A stretch of 64,000 nt of DNA. It comes from a virus (taxonomy: Duplodnaviria > Caudoviricetes). Shown here piece by piece: positions 58,081-64,000 of the stretch. A model generated the notes under the pieces. That model ran no database searches, was not told where the DNA came from, and saw only the letters and a list, made by a program, of their open reading frames with translations. How positions within the stretch are numbered: position 1 is the stretch's first letter; every line of letters starts with the position of its first letter. The stretch is taken from the IMG/VR virus record IMGVR_UViG_3300042256_000025. One strand, written 5' to 3'. Both the position numbers and the translations under genes were made by a program.

Positions 58081-59175
58081 TTGACTATGTACAGTTCAGA
58101 TGTTGAATTTAACCGTTGTGTAGATGAGTTGACGTGGTTAACGGATACTTTACCAGGTCTTGTGGAGTTAGGCATAAAGGGTGATGCTGACTCTCCGGTG
58201 GTACGTGCCGTGGAGACCAGCTTAGGGATAGAGGGACTTAAAGATTGGCTGGAGGATGCCGCAGATGCAATCATTGCCCTACTGCGTCGATTAAAGGAGT
58301 GGTTTCTAAAGCTGGTAGATCATGCATTGGGTAGAGCCTCCCGTAACAGACGTAAACAAAAGACACAGGAAGCGGACCTCAATAAACGGGACGAGACGAT
58401 CACTGCAAGGGCCACGACGGACAGTGGAGAAACGCAGGATATCGATGACGTCCGTAAGACCATTGAGGCGATGGAAGCTGAGATTGATCTACTTAAAGAG
58501 GCCCAGGCACTTCAGTCGGACATTATTGTGGAGATGACTAAAGACCTTAAACTGGCTATGGAGGACATTAAGCGCACAGGCCATCCGGTTGTACGGGATA
58601 AAGCTAAGGCACTTACGTCTGAGCGAGTTGAGCGTATGATGGACCGTGACCTCTTGAGGGGTAAGAAGCCTTATCGTGTACAAAAACATGCCAATGGGCT
58701 AGTAACCGAGTTTATTATACTTTACGGCATGGGTAAGAAGTTTAAGGTTGCATTGATCACACGTGATGGCCCTTATCTTGTGAAGTATGAAGAGAAATGG
58801 GTGAGTCGGGACATGGATCCCAAGTTACCAGAGCCGGTAGGCTATGCAACAAACACTGTAATGGCGCTTAAACGCTGTAACAGGGCCATAGAGCGCTATC
58901 TAAAGGCAGCTGAGCGTGCTGGTGTAAATGAGGACACACGTCGTCAAATGGAAGCACATACCAAAGTAGTGGAGGAGCTGACCGAGCGCTTTAAACAGTT
59001 AGCGAAAGACTATGAACTGGATGGTGAGGTGCGGACACAATTTAACGCTAAACTAAATGAAGTCAGCACTAGAATTACCGAACTTGCACAGCGCGCAGCC
59101 ACCCACGTCGATGGCGATCAGAAAGCTATTGCTGAAGTACTGCGTACAATAGACGAGTTAGCGGAAGTATATTAA
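58081..59175 (+). CDS. Putative internal head protein, coiled-coil
   Basis: Acidic propeptide ending near GIE|GL, then an amphipathic helix like that of 3505..4725. Confidence 0.55.
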   Translation: MTMYSSDVEFNRCVDELTWLTDTLPGLVELGIKGDADSPVVRAVETSLGIEGLKDWLEDAADAIIALLRRLKEWFLKLVDHALGRASRNRRKQKTQEADLNKRDETITARATTDSGETQDIDDVRKTIEAMEAEIDLLKEAQALQSDIIVEMTKDLKLAMEDIKRTGHPVVRDKAKALTSERVERMMDRDLLRGKKPYRVQKHANGLVTEFIILYGMGKKFKVALITRDGPYLVKYEEKWVSRDMDPKLPEPVGYATNTVMALKRCNRAIERYLKAAERAGVNEDTRRQMEAHTKVVEELTERFKQLAKDYELDGEVRTQFNAKLNEVSTRITELAQRAATHVDGDQKAIAEVLRTIDELAEVY

Positions 59176-59179
59176 AGCC

Positions 59180-59207
59180 CACACTCCCTCCGATCGGAGG
59201 GAGTGTG
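59180..59207. terminator. Terminator hairpin between convergent genes
   Basis: cacactccctcc-gatc-ggagggagtgtg. Confidence 0.75.
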
Positions 59208-59210
59208 TCT

Positions 59211-59609
59211 TTATGCGGTGAACATAGTGATGGGGCGTAATGCGTAGTCTAGCCCTGCCCTGCTAACGAGTCCAGGATAGTAGACAGGGTGAAGCCAGTT
59301 AACCGAGGTCGTGTCAGTGGGCCACTCGACGACGTAGTGGCTAGTGACCCCACTGGGGTAGATATATTTCGTTATGCGCTTAGGGGCAAGGCGATTACCC
59401 GGTGGTTCACCCCTTCGCGTTGCCTTCTCCATCATGATTAGCCTACGGTTCACCCAGACGTGTTTACGGATAGCCTGTCTCCGGTACCGCCTAACATAGT
59501 AGGTGACTATAACCGCATCCAGTGTAAACCGATGCCGTAATAAGAACGCACCGTCCGCTAAGAGGTACCGAAGGGCGAGAATGAGGCGATTAAAAATCAA
59601 ACCCATCAT
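59211..59609 (-). CDS. Hypothetical basic protein
   Basis: 132-aa ORF overlapping the end of nrdB. Confidence 0.45.
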   Translation of the reverse strand: MMGLIFNRLILALRYLLADGAFLLRHRFTLDAVIVTYYVRRYRRQAIRKHVWVNRRLIMMEKATRRGEPPGNRLAPKRITKYIYPSGVTSHYVVEWPTDTTSVNWLHPVYYPGLVSRAGLDYALRPITMFTA

Positions 59610-60831
59610 CGAAGTTACCCAAACTACCCACGTCTACACTGCTGTCGATTTGACCAACCAGATAAGACGACAACTCTGTTTCCTGTGGAGCGGGTTGTAC
59701 CGCATCAGAGGTTACCCAGCTACGCATCCAGGGTAGGGGGTTTGACTTCAGATGCCCTACGATGGGCCCCCAGCCCAGGTTATCGGATGCCTCATCGGCA
59801 ACCCATTCTAGGTACTCATTCAGGATACGGGCATTAAGGCCGATCATGCTTCCGTCTTTAAAGAGATATTCAATCCATTCAGACTCCTGATCCTTACAGT
59901 CCACCAGAATCTGTTTAAACTCAGCTTGATGGGTTTTAAAGATCTCCTGCATCACAGGATCATTTTCACGCGACCCAATCAGTAGATTCAAAATCTGTTT
60001 GGTGCCTGTCTTATGCAAGAGCTCGTCCCTGCATATGAAACGTACAATCTTAGCGTTACCTTCCATTACACCGCGTTCGGCAAAGGCAAAGGAGCAAGCA
60101 AAGGACACGTAGAAGCGAATAGCCTCCAGTGCATAAACCGATACCATTGCCCGCGCCAGGTGGTACTTCATATTGCGTTCACTGCAGTCGTAGGTAATAC
60201 CAGCGACAGTGTGCTGTCCAAAGGACCCTACCACTGAGTAGATATTAACTAGCTCAATAAAGCGGTCATACTCTTCTGTAACGGCGGTTGCTCGCTTGAT
60301 GATCTCAGGCGTCACCATGATTTCATCCAGTACCGCACTGGGGTCATTAAAGACATTTCGCACGATATGGGTATATGAACGAGAATGCACAGTCTCCGAA
60401 TACGACCAGTTCTCAAGCCAGTTTTCCAATTCGGGTAGAGAACATACTGGTAAGAAAGCAATCGTTGGTGAGCGACCTTGTACAGAGTCCAGCAGAATCT
60501 GGTATTTTAGGTTCGAGATAAAAATGTGCTGCTCATGCGGATCCAGGTTTGCGAAGTCTTTACGATCTCCGGTAACATCAACCTCTTCTGGACGCCAGAA
60601 GTACGAGAGCTGCTTCTCGGATAGCTTTTCAAAGATCTCGTACTTACGTCGATCAAACCGTGCAACATTAATACACTCGCCAAAGAACATCGGCTGTGTA
60701 GTCGCATCCACCGCTTTCTTATTAAAGGTTGAAAACGGCTTATGGGTAACCGGCGCAGCTTTTACACTATCGTCCAGAAAAGCAACGTGGTCTTCTACAT
60801 AGGTAGGCATTGGGGTAGATTTACTATTCAT
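59590..60831 (-). CDS. nrdB: Class Ia ribonucleotide reductase beta subunit
   Basis: FWRPEEVD, LLDSVQGR, ETVHSRSY (radical Tyr), EAIRFYVSF, RDELLH, APQETE. Confidence 0.97.
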   Translation of the reverse strand: MNSKSTPMPTYVEDHVAFLDDSVKAAPVTHKPFSTFNKKAVDATTQPMFFGECINVARFDRRKYEIFEKLSEKQLSYFWRPEEVDVTGDRKDFANLDPHEQHIFISNLKYQILLDSVQGRSPTIAFLPVCSLPELENWLENWSYSETVHSRSYTHIVRNVFNDPSAVLDEIMVTPEIIKRATAVTEEYDRFIELVNIYSVVGSFGQHTVAGITYDCSERNMKYHLARAMVSVYALEAIRFYVSFACSFAFAERGVMEGNAKIVRFICRDELLHKTGTKQILNLLIGSRENDPVMQEIFKTHQAEFKQILVDCKDQESEWIEYLFKDGSMIGLNARILNEYLEWVADEASDNLGWGPIVGHLKSNPLPWMRSWVTSDAVQPAPQETELSSYLVGQIDSSVDVGSLGNFDDGFDF

Positions 60832-60876
60832 TTTACATCCTTTAAACGTAGGGGAGGCTACCCTCCCCGGTTTACA

Positions 60877-63141
60877 TTAAAGCTTACAGGCACCGCCTTC
60901 ACAACCATCATCCATCTTCGCAATGGCATCAGCGTCGTTACCATCACGGGTATTATGGTAATAAAGGGTCTTGATACCAATGTGGTGGGCATACACCATT
61001 TCCTTCAGTACCGTTTGAATGGGCACCTTGCCATTAGGGTAACGAGCCGGGTCATGGTTGGTGTTAGCAGAGATTGCCTGATCGACAAACTTCTGCATGA
61101 TGGCCACTAGGTTCAGATAGCCTCGGTTAGATTTAATGTCCCATACGCACTCGTAAATGTCTTTCAGGTTTTCATAGTCGGCTACTACCTGTGCCATAAT
61201 CGCGTCTTTATTGGTCTTGTACATGACCAGACCACGCGGTGGCTCAATGCCATTGATGGAGTTGGTAACCGCTGATGACGTCTCACACGGCATGATCGCG
61301 GTGACTGTAGAGTTACGTAGACCATGTGCAAGAATGTCCTTACGCAATCCCTCCCAGTCGCACAGGTAATCGAAGACACCTAGTTTGTCAACATTCTTAC
61401 AGTAACGGTCGATCGGAAGTACACCTTGACTGTACGTAGTTTCATTAAACTTAGGACAGGGGCCAAATTCCTGTGCTAGTTTATTCGAGGCTTTGAGCAG
61501 CCAATACTGCATAGCCTCAAACAGATTGTGCGTCACCTCTAAACCACTGTCATCGCTATACCGCTTACCATGCTTAGCCAAGTATGTGGCAAAGCCAGTT
61601 ACACCAACGCCTAGGGCACGTCGATCCAGCCCACCACGCTGTCCAGCTGGCACTGGGTAATTCTGGTAATCGAGCAGTGCATCGAGTAAACGAATGATGA
61701 GTTCGGAAAGTTCCTCCAACTCACTCAGGTCCTCTAGTGCACCGACGTTGAATGCGGCCAAGGTACAAAGTGCAATTTCACCTTGATCGCCGTTGACGTC
61801 ATTCATTGGTTTTGTGGGCAAGCACACCTCCAGGCAGAGGTTAACGAGGTAGATTGCAGCGACTTTAGGATCGAAGGGACCATTGTTTACGTGATCGACG
61901 TTCATCACATAAATGCGGCCCGTAGCCGCACGTTCCATCCCCACTAAGCCGAATAGATCAACCGCCTTTACGGTTTTCTTACGTACAGAAGGATCCGCTT
62001 CGTACTTTTCATATAGCTCTGCAAAGCGTACTTGGTCTTGGAAGAAGGCATCATAGAGGCCGGGTACATCAGAGGGACTGAAGAGCGTAATGTTCCCACC
62101 GGTCTTTAGCCGGGTATAGAGGAAGTCATTAATCTGTACCCCATAGTCTAAACCACGACAGCGACTTTCTTCAGTACCTTTATTGTTCTTCAGTACCACG
62201 AGGTCTTCCACCTCATAGTGCCAGAGTGGGAAGAAGAGTGTGGCAGAGCCATCACGTACAGCCCCCTGCGAGCACGACTTAACAGCGCTGTGGAAATGTT
62301 TAATAAAGGGAATGAGTCCTGTGTGCTCTGCTTCCCCATTACGGATGGACGATCCCTTCGCACGAATACGACCTGCGTTTATACCGATGCCGGAGCGTTG
62401 GGAAATGTATTTTACGATAGCTGAAGCTGTAGCGTTAATAGAGTCGAGGGAATCTCCACTGTCTACCTTAACACAGGAGCTAAATTGACGGGTTGGGGTA
62501 CGGGCACCCGCCATAATTGGAGTGGGCAGAGAAATCTTACCGTTAGACAATGCTGTATAAAAGCGTTTAATCAAATCCATACGCTGTTCTTTAGGGTAAC
62601 CCGAGTACAGGGCCATGGGGATAAGCATGAACGCTTGCTGTGGACTTTCGAATAGCTGACCCGTTACACGGTTCTGTAGAAGATACTTCTTCTGCAGCTG
62701 ACGGGCTGCAATATACGCAAGGTCCAGATCCTTAGTGTGGTCCAGTACGGAGTTCAGTTCTTGATACTCCTCCCAGCTATAGGTGTTCAGTAGATCTGGG
62801 TCATAGCGACCGGCTTCAACCTGGGTCTTCACATGGTCATACAGATGTGGTGGCTCAAACTGCCCAAAGGCCCGCTTACGCATCTGAAAGATCAGGAGGC
62901 GACCAGCGGCATACTGCGTATCAGGGTATTCTTCTGAGATTAAACCAGCGGCTGCGTTAATGAGTTCTTCGTGCAGTGCATCGGAGGTAATGCCATCGTA
63001 GATGCTTCGGCTGGCGGACATAAGAATCTGTGACGGGTAGGCAGTCTTCAGTCCTTCACAGGCCCACTGGACGGGCTTATTGACTTTATCCGCTTGGTAA
63101 CTTTCCAATCGGCCATCACGCTTGAGTATTTTAATATCCAT
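60877..63141 (-). CDS. nrdA: Class Ia ribonucleotide reductase alpha subunit
   Basis: N-terminal ATP cone, PTPIMAG..QFSSC, NLCLE, KTLYY, C-terminal CEGGACKL. Confidence 0.97.
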   Translation of the reverse strand: MDIKILKRDGRLESYQADKVNKPVQWACEGLKTAYPSQILMSASRSIYDGITSDALHEELINAAAGLISEEYPDTQYAAGRLLIFQMRKRAFGQFEPPHLYDHVKTQVEAGRYDPDLLNTYSWEEYQELNSVLDHTKDLDLAYIAARQLQKKYLLQNRVTGQLFESPQQAFMLIPMALYSGYPKEQRMDLIKRFYTALSNGKISLPTPIMAGARTPTRQFSSCVKVDSGDSLDSINATASAIVKYISQRSGIGINAGRIRAKGSSIRNGEAEHTGLIPFIKHFHSAVKSCSQGAVRDGSATLFFPLWHYEVEDLVVLKNNKGTEESRCRGLDYGVQINDFLYTRLKTGGNITLFSPSDVPGLYDAFFQDQVRFAELYEKYEADPSVRKKTVKAVDLFGLVGMERAATGRIYVMNVDHVNNGPFDPKVAAIYLVNLCLEVCLPTKPMNDVNGDQGEIALCTLAAFNVGALEDLSELEELSELIIRLLDALLDYQNYPVPAGQRGGLDRRALGVGVTGFATYLAKHGKRYSDDSGLEVTHNLFEAMQYWLLKASNKLAQEFGPCPKFNETTYSQGVLPIDRYCKNVDKLGVFDYLCDWEGLRKDILAHGLRNSTVTAIMPCETSSAVTNSINGIEPPRGLVMYKTNKDAIMAQVVADYENLKDIYECVWDIKSNRGYLNLVAIMQKFVDQAISANTNHDPARYPNGKVPIQTVLKEMVYAHHIGIKTLYYHNTRDGNDADAIAKMDDGCEGGACKL

Positions 63142-63349
63142 CTATACAACCTTAATGGTGGTCAGGTGAGAGCAATAAGGGCCTCTATAGCCAATCGCTA
63201 TAGAGACTCCTAGTAAAGGGGTGTGGGAATCGTTTTGGTCTTCCCTGTGACACATGATTCGGTCTGGAATCTCCTCGTACAGGATCAGGGGAGAGGATAA
63301 AAGAAAAAATAAAGAGAGGTGCCCCAGCCCGAAGGCTGGGGGCTGTAGG

Positions 63350-64000
63350 TTAAGCGGCGAGTGTGCTAAGGATTACCTTAGCACTGGCCTCGTTCTGTAC
63401 ATACCGTATTTCGTCCCCAATGATGGGAGTGTACTCCTCCCATCCATATTTGACATCATTAAGGATAATTTCACCATCCTCAACTTTAATTCCCACTGCC
63501 TTGCCGTGACGCTTAGCGCCTACCACAAGACCCTTTTCGATAAGGGCCTTGGCCACATTGGTGGGTAGTGTAACCGAGGCAACCTCCCCCCGGCACACGC
63601 GTATGCTCTCTGCAGCAACATCCAAGAATGCGCTGCCGTCTTTGGAGAAGGCATCTTTTGCCATCTTTTCGAACTCAGTGCCGATGGCACCGTTCATAAG
63701 TTCAATGGCGTTGGCGATCACGCCTGCATCGGCTGTGATATCGCCCTGGAGGCATGCCGCCCGGCGGACTTCCGGCGCCTCATTAGAGACGATTACGTTA
63801 CCTCCAGCGTAGCGCTGGAAGATTACAACGTTAGCCGGCGACTTCGCCAGCAGAAGGGGAAGAATTACCCCCTTCCGGCCAGCATTGTCTTCGAACTTAA
63901 CCGGTTCAGAGACCGGCTCCCAAACGGCATTATCCATGTAACCGGTGCTGTTTGCCCATTCGCTATTGAACTCTACCTGATTATCGATGTTTTCGAATAC
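63350..64000 (-). CDS. Hypothetical phage protein, 5'-truncated by window edge
   Basis: Frame of listed ORF 63350..63937 stays open to 64000 (..NSEWANSTGYMDNAV); hairpin 63322-63342 with T-rich tract downstream. Confidence 0.6.
   Translation of the reverse strand, partial: VFENIDNQVEFNSEWANSTGYMDNAVWEPVSEPVKFEDNAGRKGVILPLLLAKSPANVVIFQRYAGGNVIVSNEAPEVRRAACLQGDITADAGVIANAIELMNGAIGTEFEKMAKDAFSKDGSAFLDVAAESIRVCRGEVASVTLPTNVAKALIEKGLVVGAKRHGKAVGIKVEDGEIILNDVKYGWEEYTPIIGDEIRYVQNEASAKVILSTLAA

Overview
This 64 kb window comes from a nucleus-forming, phiKZ-like jumbo phage (Chimalliviridae-type), probably infecting a gammaproteobacterium. It holds the conserved core block: virion and internal head proteins, a split family-B DNA polymerase, one virion and four non-virion RNA polymerase subunits, an SF2 helicase, PicA/ChmC/SbcD-like genes, chimallin (chmA), PhuZ tubulin and nrdAB. 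Six copies of a TATATTAC early-promoter motif are present. Mobile elements are two group I introns with HNH ORFs (one splits the RNAP catalytic NADFDGD motif, one splits the polymerase gene), a class-3 mini-intein, and two free-standing HNH genes, one of which duplicated the helicase 3' end. The most striking observation is an inserted cassette of three tandem DUF1566/C-type-lectin-like genes between chmA and the RNAP beta' gene. Their 108-nt 3' variable regions show the mutation signature of a diversity-generating retroelement (DGR), yet I found no reverse transcriptase or template repeat in the window. The phage also encodes a ClpP, an apparently inactive ClpP paralog and an SspB-like adaptor. 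Ortholog names (phiKZ gp numbers) come from remembered motifs and synteny, not database searches.
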